A stretch of DNA of 63,945 bases, the filler included, from Caldilineae bacterium (GTDB taxonomy: Bacteria; Chloroflexota; Anaerolineae; DTLA01), in NCBI GenBank assembly GCA_037446815.1. It is 7 parts of 7 records of this genome, joined end to end, with 100 filler letters (N's around TTAATTAATTAA, not from the genome) between each part and the next. Parts side by side here need not be neighbours in the genome. Positions count along the whole stretch, not along the records: positions 49,513 to 58,892 come from JBBIHX010000115.1; positions 58,993 to 63,945 come from JBBIHX010000199.1; 5 more parts are not named here. One strand, given 5' to 3'. The position numbers were made by a program, and so were the translations under genes. The notes under the pieces are model-generated. The model saw only the letters and a list, made by a program, of their open reading frames with translations. It was not told the DNA's origin and made no database searches. This document shows positions 51,174 to 63,945 of the stretch, piece after piece (the first letter of the stretch is position 1; each line of letters begins with the position of its first letter).

Positions 51174-51956
51174 CTATTTCTTCGCCATGAGTTCTTTGAC
51201 GCTGTCCTTCACCTTGTAGTCGCCAAGCGGGTAGTAGGCCAGCATGTTCTCCTGGAGCCATTTCAGCGACTCCAGCGGCGTCATGCCCCAGTTGGTGGGG
51301 CAGTTGGACACCACCTCCACCAGCGAGTAGCCCAGCCCCGCCATCTGCACCTGGAAGGCCGTCTTGATGGCCGCCTTCAGTTTGCGGATTTCGCTGGGGT
51401 TGTAGGCCGACCGCCGCACGATGTACGCGGAACCCTCCAGCGTGGACACCAACTCGCACACGCGGACGGGGAATCCGGCCAGTTTCGTGTCGCGGCCCGT
51501 GGGCGTGGAGGTCGTTACCTGGCCCGGCAGGGTTGTCGGCGCCATCTGTCCGCCGGTCATGCCGTAGATGGCGTTGTTGATGAAGATGGTGGTGATGTTC
51601 TCGCCGCGCGTGGCCGCGTGAATCAACTCGTTGGTGCCGATAGCCGCCAGGTCGCCGTCGCCCTGGTAGGTGAAAACCACCAACTCCGGATGCACGCGCT
51701 TCATCCCCGTCGCCATGGCCGGGGCGCGTCCGTGGGCCGCCTCCGCGAAGTCCGTGGCGATATAGTTGTACGCCAGCACCGAACACCCCACCGGCGCGAT
51801 GCCCACCGTAATCTCCTGGATGCCCAGTTCGTCAATGACCTCGGCGATGACGCGGTGTACGACGCCGTGCAAGCAGCCCGGGCAGTAATGGGTTACCACG
51901 TCGCACAGGGCCTTGGGCCGCTGGAACACGATTTTCTCTTCCTTTACCTCTGACAT
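51174..51956 (-). CDS. 2-oxoacid:ferredoxin oxidoreductase beta (TPP-binding) subunit
   Basis: YCPGC, HGRAPA, GDGD, NNAIYGMTGGQ. Confidence 0.92.
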   Translation of the reverse strand: MSEVKEEKIVFQRPKALCDVVTHYCPGCLHGVVHRVIAEVIDELGIQEITVGIAPVGCSVLAYNYIATDFAEAAHGRAPAMATGMKRVHPELVVFTYQGDGDLAAIGTNELIHAATRGENITTIFINNAIYGMTGGQMAPTTLPGQVTTSTPTGRDTKLAGFPVRVCELVSTLEGSAYIVRRSAYNPSEIRKLKAAIKTAFQVQMAGLGYSLVEVVSNCPTNWGMTPLESLKWLQENMLAYYPLGDYKVKDSVKELMAKK

Positions 51957-51973
51957 GTCGTCTCCTCCTATCT

Positions 51974-53029
51974 TTACGCCTCGGCCATGGCTTTCTTCAT
52001 GGCGTCCACGATGTCCTCGGGCATGGGAACCACGCCGCCCATCTTGCCGAAGAAGTGGATGGGCCGCCGATCCATCACGGCCAGCCGCACGTCCTCCAGC
52101 ATCTGCCCCGCACTCAACTCCACCACAAGGACACGCTTCGCCCGCTCCGCTGCCTTCCGCAGGGCATCATACGGGTACGGGTTGACCGTGATGGGGCGGA
52201 ACAGGCCGGCCTTCAATCCATCCCGCCGCGCCTGGGCGATGGACGTCTTGACGATGCGCGCCGCCGTCCCGTAGGCCACCATGAGCAGGTCGGCGTCGTC
52301 GGTCATGTACTCTTCGTGCCGCTGCTCGCTCTCGCGGATGCGCTTGTAAATCTCCTGCAGGCGCAGATTGACCTTCTCCAGGGTGGGCGGGTCCAGTTGC
52401 AGCGATGTGATAATGTTGCGCGGCCTGCCCTTCGCGCCGGTCAGCGCCCAGGGACGCTCGGGCCTCTGGGGCGGCTTCAGTTCGGGCAGTTCCACCGGCT
52501 CCATCATCTGGCCGATCATCCCGTCGGCGATGACGTACACAGGTTGGCGGTATTTGTCGGCCAGGTCAAAGGCCAGGATGACCAAGTCCACCGTCTCCTG
52601 CACCGTGGACGGAGCCAGGACGATGGGGCTGTAGTCGCCGTGCCCGCCGCCCTTCGTCATCTGGAAGTAGTCCCCCTGCGACGGTTGAATGTTCCCCAGG
52701 CCCGGCCCGCCGCGCATGATGTTCACCACGACCGCGGGCACCTCGGAGCAGGCGATGTAGGAAAGCCCCTCCTGCATGAGGCTGAAGCCCGGGCTGGACG
52801 TGGTCGTCATCGCGCGAGCGCCCGTGCAGGCCGCCCCGTATAGCATGTTCACCGCACCGAGTTCGCTTTCTGCTTGCACGAACGCGCGGCCCAGCGCCGG
52901 CATCCGCGCCGACATGTATTCCAAGACCTCGGTCTGCGGCGTGATGGGATACCCGAAATAGGCTTCGCAGCCCGCGCGAATGGCGGCTTCGGCGATGGCC
53001 TCATTGCCTTTCATCAGCACTTTCGCCAT
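51974..53029 (-). CDS. 2-oxoacid:ferredoxin oxidoreductase alpha subunit (Vor-type)
   Basis: [30 protein letters not shown]. Confidence 0.92.
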   Translation of the reverse strand: MAKVLMKGNEAIAEAAIRAGCEAYFGYPITPQTEVLEYMSARMPALGRAFVQAESELGAVNMLYGAACTGARAMTTTSSPGFSLMQEGLSYIACSEVPAVVVNIMRGGPGLGNIQPSQGDYFQMTKGGGHGDYSPIVLAPSTVQETVDLVILAFDLADKYRQPVYVIADGMIGQMMEPVELPELKPPQRPERPWALTGAKGRPRNIITSLQLDPPTLEKVNLRLQEIYKRIRESEQRHEEYMTDDADLLMVAYGTAARIVKTSIAQARRDGLKAGLFRPITVNPYPYDALRKAAERAKRVLVVELSAGQMLEDVRLAVMDRRPIHFFGKMGGVVPMPEDIVDAMKKAMAEA

Positions 53030-53047
53030 GATGACCTCCCTTGTCGT

Positions 53048-53257
53048 CTAGCGGTACGCGGTGATGGCTACGTCGGGGCACATGTTGGCACAGAAGGCGC
53101 AGCCGATACACTTCTTCTCGGGGTCCACAAACTTGGACGTGCGATACCCCTTGGAGTTGAACTCCTCGGACATCTGCACAAGGTCGCCTTTGGGGCAGAC
53201 CTGGGTGCACAGCCCGCACCCTTTGCAGCGCTCCACATCAATCACGATTCGCGGCAT
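53048..53257 (-). CDS. Oxidoreductase delta subunit (ferredoxin-like)
   Basis: CKGCGLC...CP and CIGCAFC...CP. Confidence 0.9.
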   Translation of the reverse strand: MPRIVIDVERCKGCGLCTQVCPKGDLVQMSEEFNSKGYRTSKFVDPEKKCIGCAFCANMCPDVAITAYR

Positions 53258-53278
53258 AGGAAACCTCCTACCGGTAAG

Positions 53279-54190
53279 TTATTTGGGCGGCATTGCCAGG
53301 TACACGCCGAGGGCAATGGACATCAGTTTCGTCTCGGGCGGGTCGGCCCGGGACGGCATGATGAGCGGGCTTCGGCTGCCCACCACCACGCCCGCCATCT
53401 TGCCCTTGGCAAAGTAGGTGATGGCCTTGGCGAGGATATTCCCCGCGTCCACGTCGGGCACGATGAGGATATCGGCGTGGCCGGCCACTTCGCTCTGGAT
53501 GCCCTTGACCTGCGCCGCGTGGGGCGAGATGGCGTTGTCCAGCGCCAGAGGGCCATCCACAATGCCCCCCTTGATTTGCCCGCGCTGCGCCATCTTGGAC
53601 AGGTTGCTGGCGTCCATGCTCACCGGAATCTTGGGGTTCACCATCTCGGTCGCGGCGAGAATGGCCACCTTGGGCTTCTCAATGCCCAGGGCGTGGGCCA
53701 CATCAATGGCGTTCTGGACAATGGCGACCTTCTGCTCCAGTGTTGGCGACACCACCACGCCGATATCGCTGATGAGGATAAGGCGGTCGGCGCCCGGGAT
53801 TTCAAAGATACTCACATCGGTGAAGAGCCGTCCGGTGCGCAGTTCCATTTCCGGCTCCAGCGCCACGCGCACCAGGTGGCCGGGCTGGGCGCGCCCGTTC
53901 ATCACCATATCCGCGAGGCCGTCCTTGATGGCGGCCACGGCTGCCCGCACCGACTCCTTGTGGTTGGGAACGTGCACCAATGTCAGGCCGGTGATGTCCA
54001 CGCCCGCCTCCGCAGCAGTCTGGCGGATAACGGTCTCGTCGCCGAAGAGGACGGCGGTTGCCAGGCCCAAGTCCCGGGCCTTGGCTACTGCGGCCAGCGT
54101 GTTGGCTTCGTCGGCGGCGGCTACCGCGACGCGAGCCGGCCCCCGCGCGACGGCCGCCTCCAGCAATTGGGCAAAGGTACGAATCTGCAT
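53279..54190 (-). CDS. Phosphate butyryltransferase paralog (divergent)
   Basis: VDGPLALDNA, GNILAK, PSRAD. Confidence 0.85.
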   Translation of the reverse strand: MQIRTFAQLLEAAVARGPARVAVAAADEANTLAAVAKARDLGLATAVLFGDETVIRQTAAEAGVDITGLTLVHVPNHKESVRAAVAAIKDGLADMVMNGRAQPGHLVRVALEPEMELRTGRLFTDVSIFEIPGADRLILISDIGVVVSPTLEQKVAIVQNAIDVAHALGIEKPKVAILAATEMVNPKIPVSMDASNLSKMAQRGQIKGGIVDGPLALDNAISPHAAQVKGIQSEVAGHADILIVPDVDAGNILAKAITYFAKGKMAGVVVGSRSPLIMPSRADPPETKLMSIALGVYLAMPPK

Positions 54191-54218
54191 CGGTCAACCT
54201 CCATCAACTCACCTACAA

Positions 54219-54935
54219 CTACCTTGTCCAGTGCATGTCAAAGAAGCGCCGAATGGCCAGGATCGGCACATCGCGCACCTCGCGGCGCACCGCATCGGCC
54301 AGACTCTCCTCAACCCCAAGCATGGCGACCGGCAAGCCCAGGGCGCGCGCCGCTCCCATTACCTGCTGATGCCCTGCCAACACCAATTCGGCCTCGGTCT
54401 CGTCCATCATGTTGGGGTTGCTCACCAGCGCCGAGACCGTCAGCCGCGACGTGCGCTCCACATCTCGGATGGCCGTCCGCAGGCCCTCCGTCGTGTCCAT
54501 GAACGGCCGATACGGGTTGACGACGAAGTACACGACATGGTGCTGCTGCTGGATGTAGGGGCTGTACTGGCCCAGCGCACGCGCCCCCTGGGGGTCACCG
54601 CCCACATCCAGCACAACCAGAACCTGGCTCTGCTCAATCGCGCCCAGAATCTCCGGCGAGATGGCCGGCAAGTCCAGATAGCGCCCCACTTCGGCAGGCG
54701 ACACGACCGCCACGCCCATGGGGCGCAGCGTCTCGCCCAACTCGCGGGTGCGGAAGTAGGGGGTTACGATGTCCAAGTCCACCAACGTGGGGTGCGAGTT
54801 GAACGCAGGCGGCATAGGAGTCCACCCCGTCGCCGTTGGATACTGGCCTTGGGCGAGTTGGACGGCGAAGTTTGCAGCGCACTCGCTCTTGCCGCTGCCG
54901 AATCGGCCGGCGAAAATGAACAGGCGCGTGAGCAT
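54219..54935 (-). CDS. Uncharacterised P-loop NTPase
   Basis: GRFGSGKS, DLDIVTPYFRTRE, LDVGGD. Confidence 0.8.
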   Translation of the reverse strand: MLTRLFIFAGRFGSGKSECAANFAVQLAQGQYPTATGWTPMPPAFNSHPTLVDLDIVTPYFRTRELGETLRPMGVAVVSPAEVGRYLDLPAISPEILGAIEQSQVLVVLDVGGDPQGARALGQYSPYIQQQHHVVYFVVNPYRPFMDTTEGLRTAIRDVERTSRLTVSALVSNPNMMDETEAELVLAGHQQVMGAARALGLPVAMLGVEESLADAVRREVRDVPILAIRRFFDMHWTR

Positions 54936-54950
54936 TCGCGTGCCCCTCGG

Positions 54951-55853
54951 TCAAGCCGACAGGAGAACGCCCAGCGCCATAGAGACGAGTTTGGTTTCGT
55001 GGGCGTCGGAACGGGACGCGACGATCATCGGGCTTCGGGCGCCCACGACGACCCCCGCCATCTTGCCGTTGGCGAAGTAGGTGATGGCCTTGGCCAGCAC
55101 GTTGCCCGCCTCAATGTCCGGCGGGATTAGAATGTCGGCATGGCCGGCCACCTGGCTCTGGATGCCCTTGACGGCGACGGATTCGGGGGAGATGGCGTTG
55201 TCCAGCGCCAGCGGGCCGTCCACAAGGCCGCCGGTGATCTGCCCGCGGTCGGCCATCTTCGCCAAGTTGGCGGCGTCCAGCGTGGCCGGAATCTTGGGGT
55301 TGACCATCTCGGTGGCGGCGAGAATGGCCACCTTGGGCTGTTCCACGCCGAGCGCGCGCGCCACCTCAATGGCGTTCCGCACGATTTCCACCTTCTGCTC
55401 CATGTCGGGGGCCACGACCACGCCTGCATCGCTGACGAAGATGAGCCTGTCCAGTCCGGGAATCTCAAAGGCCCCGACGTGGGTGAGCAGGTTGCCTCGG
55501 CGCAGGCCATACTCCTTGTTGAGCGCGGCGCGGAGGAAATCGCCCGTCTCCACCTTGCCCTTCATGGCGATCTGCGCGTGGCCGGCGCTCACCAGTTCCA
55601 TGACCTTGTTGGCGCAGGTCTTGGGGTCCGACTCGTGGATGATCATCATGCGCTGGAGGTCAATGCCTTCCTCGGCGGCGATGCGCTCAATGGTCGGGCG
55701 GTCGCCGACGAGGATGCACTCGGCGAGGCCGAGGCGCTCCGCATCGGCGGCGGCCAGCAGCACCTCGCGCTCATGCGCCGCCGCGATGGCCACCGTCTTG
55801 GGGCCTCGCTTGCGGGCCTCGTCCATCAACTGCTGAAAGTTCCGAATCTGCAT
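54951..55853 (-). CDS. ptb: Phosphate butyryltransferase
   Basis: MKG, SDAG, VDGPLALDNA, GNVLAK, SRSD; start MQIRNF after GGAGG. Confidence 0.88.
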   Translation of the reverse strand: MQIRNFQQLMDEARKRGPKTVAIAAAHEREVLLAAADAERLGLAECILVGDRPTIERIAAEEGIDLQRMMIIHESDPKTCANKVMELVSAGHAQIAMKGKVETGDFLRAALNKEYGLRRGNLLTHVGAFEIPGLDRLIFVSDAGVVVAPDMEQKVEIVRNAIEVARALGVEQPKVAILAATEMVNPKIPATLDAANLAKMADRGQITGGLVDGPLALDNAISPESVAVKGIQSQVAGHADILIPPDIEAGNVLAKAITYFANGKMAGVVVGARSPMIVASRSDAHETKLVSMALGVLLSA

Positions 55854-55894
55854 ACTCCATCCTCCGTTGGATTGAGTTTGCCGCAGCGCCTTTG

Positions 55895-58804
<2,910 letters not shown>

Positions 58805-58892
58805 GATACTCCGATTGTGAACCAGGATTGCCAGCGCCGCTATTATACCACAGGTGGAAACAGGGGGCGAAACGGCGCGGTTGCGGGATTTG

Positions 58893-58992
58893 NNNNNNNN
58901 NNNNNNNNNNNNNNNNNNNNNNNNNNNNNNNNNNNNTTAATTAATTAANNNNNNNNNNNNNNNNNNNNNNNNNNNNNNNNNNNNNNNNNNNN
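58893..58992. other. Artificial contig linker
   Basis: N / TTAATTAATTAA / N. Confidence 0.98.
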
Positions 58993-59046
58993 CGACACAC
59001 GAGGAGAGTGCCCTTGCGTTTCACCAACACAAGATGAAACCGAGTC
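58993..59046. mobile_element. MITE end (reverse orientation, truncated)
   Basis: ...TCACCAACACAAGATGAAACCGAGTC. Confidence 0.75.
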
Positions 59047-59061
59047 CGGTCGCGCATTCCG

Positions 59062-59091
59062 TTGACGGCGGAGTGCGTCGTGTGGTACAAT
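59062..59091 (+). promoter_or_regulatory. sigma70 promoter of the hybrid kinase gene
   Basis: TTGACG-18 bp-TACAAT with extended TG. Confidence 0.65.
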
Positions 59092-59117
59092 AATGGCAGG
59101 CAAACCGAGCGGGTGCG

Positions 59118-62100
59118 ATGTCTCCTGTACGTGTCCTACTGATAGACGATAACCCAGAGAACCGTCTCACAGCCATCCAGGAGTTGGCGCGGGAGTTTCC
59201 AGACCTACTGCCGGTGGAAGCGGAGGATGAGGCTTCGTTTCAGGCTGCGCTGGACGGGGAGCGCGCCGATCTCGTCGTCGCCAAGAACCAAATGGCGTGG
59301 GCCACAGGTCCCGATATCTTCCGCCAGGCGCGCGAACGATGGCCCGATGTCCCCGTCATCCTATTCACCGGCACCGAAGAAACAGCCGCAGAAGGCGCGA
59401 AGCAGGGGGCAGGGGGCCTTGCAGCAGAAGCCCCTACCGAGTTCCGCTGGCTTGCCGTTGCCGCCCGCGCCGCCTGGGAGAGCAGCCGAGAGCGCAGGCA
59501 GGCCCTTCAGTTGGAACAGCGCTACCGCCTGCTGGTGGATACCATGCCGGCGGTCGTGTACATGGCGGGCCCCGACCTCCGCCTGCGGTACGTCAGCCCC
59601 TACGTTCGGCAGTTGCTCGGTTTCAGCCCCGATGAGTTGCTGGGCAAGAACCCCTTTGACCTCGCCCCTCGCGAAGACCGCAGGGACCTCGTCGGAAAAC
59701 TTCGCACGGCGCTGCGGACGCGCCAGCCCTTTGTCCTAGAGCACCGCGTGCTCGCAGCGGACGGCTCCGAGCGATGGGTGCGGAACATCGGCACCGTTCC
59801 GGAAAGCCCCGACTTGCAGCGCCCTGTGATTCAGGGCGTGGCCCTGGACATCACCGACAGCGTGCGCGCTGAGTGGCGGCAAGCGGCAGTTTCCGACGTG
59901 AGCCGCGCGTTGGCCGAACTCCTCCCCGGCCAGCGGCTGCAGGGCGCGCTCGCCGCGCTGCAACGGCACATCCCGTTTTCCGTCGGCGTCCTGGGCGCCT
60001 GGCCGATGGGGCACGTGGCCCACGTCCCGGAGGAGGGCGAGGCCCTGGCGGGCTGCCTACGGGTTGCGGCCGATGTGTACGGCCCGAAGATGGACCGCGT
60101 GCCGCAGGACAGCGCCCTGGGCTTGGCGCTCTCGCTGCGCGCGCCGGTCGTCCAGAACGACACCCTCGCCAACGCCTACGCCGAAGACGCGGCGATGGCC
60201 GAAAGCGGCATCCGAAGCCTCCTCGCGTATCCCCTCATCCTGCGCGACGATTTGCGGGCGGCGCTGATCCTGTTCGCCGAAAGCGCCCATGTGTTCAACG
60301 ATACCCACCTTGACCTTCTGGATCAACTGGCCCCTGTCCTGTCGGCGGGCGTGGAGTCGTATCTCCACTGGCAGGCGTTGCAAGAACTCAATGCGGCGCT
60401 GGAAGCGCGCGTGCAGGAACGCACCGCCCAGATACAGGCGCTGTACGACCTATCCCAGCGGCTGGGGTACAGCCTGCGCCCCGACGACCTCTTCGCCGCC
60501 ATCGCCCAGCACCTGCTGGCCATAGGCAACGTGGAGGTGGCCGCGGTGGCCATCCCGCAAGCGGGCGTGGGAGCGCCCCTCGTAACCGTGCACGCGGAAC
60601 GCCCCCTGGCCGATTCCCTGGCGCGGACGCTGATGGAAGAGACCTGCCACCAATTGGGGGGACGGTTTGAGGAGTGCTCCCAGGCTGCGAACCTGCGGCA
60701 TAGCCTTGAGGTGAAGGTGAAGAATCCCCACGCGCCGATGCTGGAGCGGTTGGGCGACGTGCTTGTGGAACCCGTGGAAGCAGCGGGGGCACGCCTGGGC
60801 GGCATTGGCATCGCCTGCGAGGCCGAGGGCGTCCTCGGCGATGACCATCGCCGATTGCTGCGCGCGGTGGCCGGATTGCTCTCCAACACGCTTCAGCGCA
60901 TTCAGGCGCTGGCCCAGGCCGAGCGAACTCGGATGGAAGAAGCCATGGACGCCATGCATGAGGGGGTCTTGTTGCTGGACGACCACGATCGCCTTGTTGC
61001 GACCAACCCGTCGGCGCGACGCCTCCTTCCGCTGCTGGGCGTCGCCGACCTGCGCGAGGGGGACGTTCTGCGCGAACTCTGCGGGTTCTCGCTGGACGAC
61101 CTGCGCGCCCGCACCCGCGAGGCAGGCCCGTCCGAATGCGCCATCGGCGACAGGGAACCCCGTCTCATCGTGCAGTTGTCCGCCGTTTCCTACACGACCC
61201 CCACCGGCGCCACGGGCACCGTGCTGACCCTCCACGATAGCACCGAACAGCATCAGGCGCGCGTGCGGATGGAGCAGCAGGCCCGCCTGGCGGCGCTGGG
61301 GCAACTGGCCGGCGGCATCGCCCACGACTTCAACAACATCTTGACGACCCTCATCGGCCTGGCCCAACTGAACCTGGGCACGCCCGGCCTTTCGCCGGAA
61401 CTTCGCGCCGACCTGGAGCAAATCGTGCAGCAGGGGCAACGGGCCGCCCGCCTGGTGCAGCAGATTCTGGACTTCGGGCGGCGCTCCATGTCCCAGAAGA
61501 CCTCGCTGCGGCTGGACGCCTTCCTGCGCGAGGTGATCCATCTCCTGCGGCGCACCATCCCGGAGACCATCGCCATCCAGACGGACTTCCCGCCCGACGA
61601 TTACACCATCTTCGCCGACAGCACGCAGATTCAGCAACTCGTCATGAATCTGGTATCCAACTCCTGCGACGCCATGCCCCAGGGCGGCCTCCTGACCTTC
61701 CGGCTGCGCCGCATCGCCACGGATCCCGCGCTGTTGGCTCGCTATCCGATGATGAAGCCGGGCGCCTATGTGCACCTGCGCCTGGAAGATACCGGCCACG
61801 GGATGCCCCCCGAGGTGCTGGCCCACGCCTTTGAGCCGTTCTTCACGACAAAGGGCGTGGGCAAGGGCACCGGCCTGGGCCTGGCGCAGGCCTATGGCAT
61901 CGTGAAGCAACATGGCGGGTACATCTTTCTGGAAAGCCAGCCCGACATGGGAACCCAGGCGCTCATCTACCTACCGGCCCAGGGCGAACAAGCCGAGCCG
62001 CGCACCCCCGCCCCGCCGTCCTACCATCGGGGAGAGGGCCAGACCATTCTGGTCGCAGAGGACGAGGAGATGGTGCGCGAACTGGTAGAGCGGATGCTGG

Positions 62101-62441
62101 GGCGGTTGGGATACCGGGCGATCCCGGCGCGCAACGGGGCCGAGGCGTTTCGTCTGTTCCAGGACAACGCCGACGAGATTTTCGCCGTCGTGGCCGATAT
62201 GATCATGCCTCGGATGAGCGGGCTGGAACTGTTTGAGCGCATGCGCGAAATCAACCCCACCCTGCCCGTGATTCTGACCACCGGCTACGCCGACGACGAA
62301 GAGGTGGAGAGCCTGCGCAGGCAAGGGCTGCACGGCGTGCTCCAGAAACCCTTCCGCATGGCGGAGTTAGCAGCCCTCCTGGAGTCAATCCCCGCCAGGC
62401 CGCGGCCCGCCGATGAGGGCAGCGCGCCCGCTACACGTTGA
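59118..62441 (+). CDS. Hybrid sensor histidine kinase (REC-PAS-GAF-GAF-PAS-HisKA-HATPase-REC)
   Basis: [36 protein letters not shown]-terminal DMIMP...KPF. Confidence 0.92.
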   Translation: MSPVRVLLIDDNPENRLTAIQELAREFPDLLPVEAEDEASFQAALDGERADLVVAKNQMAWATGPDIFRQARERWPDVPVILFTGTEETAAEGAKQGAGGLAAEAPTEFRWLAVAARAAWESSRERRQALQLEQRYRLLVDTMPAVVYMAGPDLRLRYVSPYVRQLLGFSPDELLGKNPFDLAPREDRRDLVGKLRTALRTRQPFVLEHRVLAADGSERWVRNIGTVPESPDLQRPVIQGVALDITDSVRAEWRQAAVSDVSRALAELLPGQRLQGALAALQRHIPFSVGVLGAWPMGHVAHVPEEGEALAGCLRVAADVYGPKMDRVPQDSALGLALSLRAPVVQNDTLANAYAEDAAMAESGIRSLLAYPLILRDDLRAALILFAESAHVFNDTHLDLLDQLAPVLSAGVESYLHWQALQELNAALEARVQERTAQIQALYDLSQRLGYSLRPDDLFAAIAQHLLAIGNVEVAAVAIPQAGVGAPLVTVHAERPLADSLARTLMEETCHQLGGRFEECSQAANLRHSLEVKVKNPHAPMLERLGDVLVEPVEAAGARLGGIGIACEAEGVLGDDHRRLLRAVAGLLSNTLQRIQALAQAERTRMEEAMDAMHEGVLLLDDHDRLVATNPSARRLLPLLGVADLREGDVLRELCGFSLDDLRARTREAGPSECAIGDREPRLIVQLSAVSYTTPTGATGTVLTLHDSTEQHQARVRMEQQARLAALGQLAGGIAHDFNNILTTLIGLAQLNLGTPGLSPELRADLEQIVQQGQRAARLVQQILDFGRRSMSQKTSLRLDAFLREVIHLLRRTIPETIAIQTDFPPDDYTIFADSTQIQQLVMNLVSNSCDAMPQGGLLTFRLRRIATDPALLARYPMMKPGAYVHLRLEDTGHGMPPEVLAHAFEPFFTTKGVGKGTGLGLAQAYGIVKQHGGYIFLESQPDMGTQALIYLPAQGEQAEPRTPAPPSYHRGEGQTILVAEDEEMVRELVERMLGRLGYRAIPARNGAEAFRLFQDNADEIFAVVADMIMPRMSGLELFERMREINPTLPVILTTGYADDEEVESLRRQGLHGVLQKPFRMAELAALLESIPARPRPADEGSAPATR

Positions 62442-63513
62442 AACGAATGTTCAGGATGTCCCCATCCTGCACCACGTAGTCGCGCCCCTGTAGCCGCACC
62501 AGGCCGCGCTGCTTCGCCTCGGCCAGCGACCCCGCGGCGATGAGGTCATCGTAGGCGACAACCTCCGCGCGGATGAACCCGCGAGCCAGGTCTGTGTGGA
62601 TGGCCGCTGCCGCCTGCACCGCCGTGTCGCCCTTGCGGATGGTCCACGCCCGCACCTCGTCCTCGCCCACGGTAAAGAAGGACTGCAAGCCGAGTAGATC
62701 GTACGAAAGGCGAATCATGCGCCGCAAACTCGGCTCCGAGATGCCGTACTCGGTCAGGAACAGTTCCGCGGCCTCGGCATCCAACTGCGCGATTTCCTTT
62801 TCCAGCGCGCCGCGCAGGGCGATGACGGCCGAGCGCTTGTGCGGATATGTCAGGATCGCCGAAGGGTCGGCCGGGCCATCGTCCCCCACATTGAGCACCA
62901 CCAGCACCGGCTTCAGGGTCAGGAGCGCGAACCCCCGGACCTGGCGCTCCTCGTCGGGCGTAAGGTCCAAATCGCGCAGGGGAATCTCGTTCTCCAGCGC
63001 CTGTTTGAATCGCTCCATGAGCGCCATCTCCGCGCGGGCCGTCTCGCCGACGGGGCCGCTCCGCCGGGCGTCCTTCTCCAGGCGCTCCAGGCGGCGCTCC
63101 ACAACGCCCAGGTCCGAGAGGATGAGTTCCACGTCCAGGTCGTGCAGGTCGCGGACGGGATCCACCTTGCCCCGCGCGTGGGGAACCGAGTCATCCTGAA
63201 AGGCGCGCACGACGTGCAGGAGCGCGTCGTTGGCCGCGATGGCGTTGAGCAGGGGGCCGGAGAACCCGCCGGATTTGCCCGCGCCTGGCACCAGCCCCGC
63301 GATGTCGTTGTACTGCACGCGGGCGCGCGTAACCTTGCGCGGCCGAAACATGGCGGCCAGGCGGTCCACGCGCGGGTCGGGCACGTCCACCACCGCCGAG
63401 TGAACCTCAAATTGCCCCGACGAGAACGGCGTCGTCTCCACGTTCTCCCGCGTGAGGGCGTCAAAGATGGTTGTCTTGGAACTGTTGGGCAGGCCGATGA
63501 TGCCGATCTGCAT
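62431..63513 (-). CDS. ychF: YchF/OLA1 ATPase
   Basis: GLPNSSKTT, DIAGLV, FFTVGEDEVRAW, IHTDLARGFIRAE. Confidence 0.92.
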   Translation of the reverse strand: MQIGIIGLPNSSKTTIFDALTRENVETTPFSSGQFEVHSAVVDVPDPRVDRLAAMFRPRKVTRARVQYNDIAGLVPGAGKSGGFSGPLLNAIAANDALLHVVRAFQDDSVPHARGKVDPVRDLHDLDVELILSDLGVVERRLERLEKDARRSGPVGETARAEMALMERFKQALENEIPLRDLDLTPDEERQVRGFALLTLKPVLVVLNVGDDGPADPSAILTYPHKRSAVIALRGALEKEIAQLDAEAAELFLTEYGISEPSLRRMIRLSYDLLGLQSFFTVGEDEVRAWTIRKGDTAVQAAAAIHTDLARGFIRAEVVAYDDLIAAGSLAEAKQRGLVRLQGRDYVVQDGDILNIRFNV

Positions 63514-63628
63514 GTGAACTGAACTCCCCGAGAAACCCGTGAGTCGCGGGCAAGAGATAAGCGGCGCAAGCGCCGCCGGGCCTATTGTATCACGCCTGCC
63601 GCGAGATTCAAAAATGGGGCGATTGACC

Positions 63629-63778
63629 GATTCGGTTCCAAAGTCTGTTGGTGGCTGTCATTGCGAGGGCGCAGAGCGCCCGAAGCAATCCCCGGGGCGT
63701 GCGATTGCTTCGCTTCGCTCGCAATGACACGCGAGGAGAGTGTGTCTGCGGTTCACCAACACAGTTTGGAACCGACTC
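63629..63778. mobile_element. MITE-like element with 9-bp target duplication
   Basis: CGATTGACC|GATTCGGTTCCA...TGGAACCGACTC|CGATTGACC. Confidence 0.85.
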
Positions 63779-63787
63779 CGATTGACC

Positions 63788-63945
63788 GATTCGGTTCCAA
63801 AGTCTGTTGGCATCTACCGTCATTCTGAGCGGCGAAGCCGCGAAGAATCTCGCTGCCCGAGATGCTTCGCCTTCGGCTCAGCATGACAGGGGGAGAACGT
63901 GCGACGCACCTCGGAGGTGCGTCGCACGTGGACCCTCACCCCGGC
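63788..63945. mobile_element. Second tandem MITE (cargo variant 2), truncated by the window end
   Basis: Begins GATTCGGTTCCAAAGTCTGTTGG; interior resembles the reverse complement of 7497-7670. Confidence 0.75.

Noticed and set aside
63620..63812. Direct repeat of about 32 bp as a CRISPR repeat or att site
   Set aside because: Explained by the target duplication plus TIR of two tandem MITEs.

Overview
GC-rich bacterial DNA, most likely Chloroflexota (Anaerolineae-like). The assignment is inferred from the GAAC-N4-GTTC LexA boxes, a mevalonate-type decarboxylase, the alaS-baseplateJ-ruvX-mltG layout and Thr/Pro-linker cohesin surface proteins. The window is not contiguous: it is seven unrelated contigs of about 10 kb joined by 100-nt N/TTAATTAATTAA linkers, plus one internal N gap, so neighbourhoods across linkers mean nothing. 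Content is mostly housekeeping and anaerobic metabolism (tRNA-Sec, tRNA-Glu, holA, lexA, hrcA-grpE-dnaK, alaS, ruvX, mltG, secA, ychF, a Vor-type oxidoreductase, two ptb paralogs). Three things stand out. (1) An SOS-boxed five-gene operon behind lexA: a second LexA paralog, a Cys-rich protein, a stand-alone FtsK motor, a 2-TM protein and a small protein. (2) A MITE-like element of about 150 bp with 23-bp imperfect TIRs and 8-9 bp target duplications that carries interchangeable REP cargo and repeatedly sits about 15 bp upstream of sigma70 -35 boxes. (3) A giant secreted protein with duplicated unknown domains plus cohesin and dockerin modules, followed by a cohesin-LysM protein, suggesting a non-cellulosomal surface scaffold. 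All family calls come from motif recognition by eye; no searches were run.
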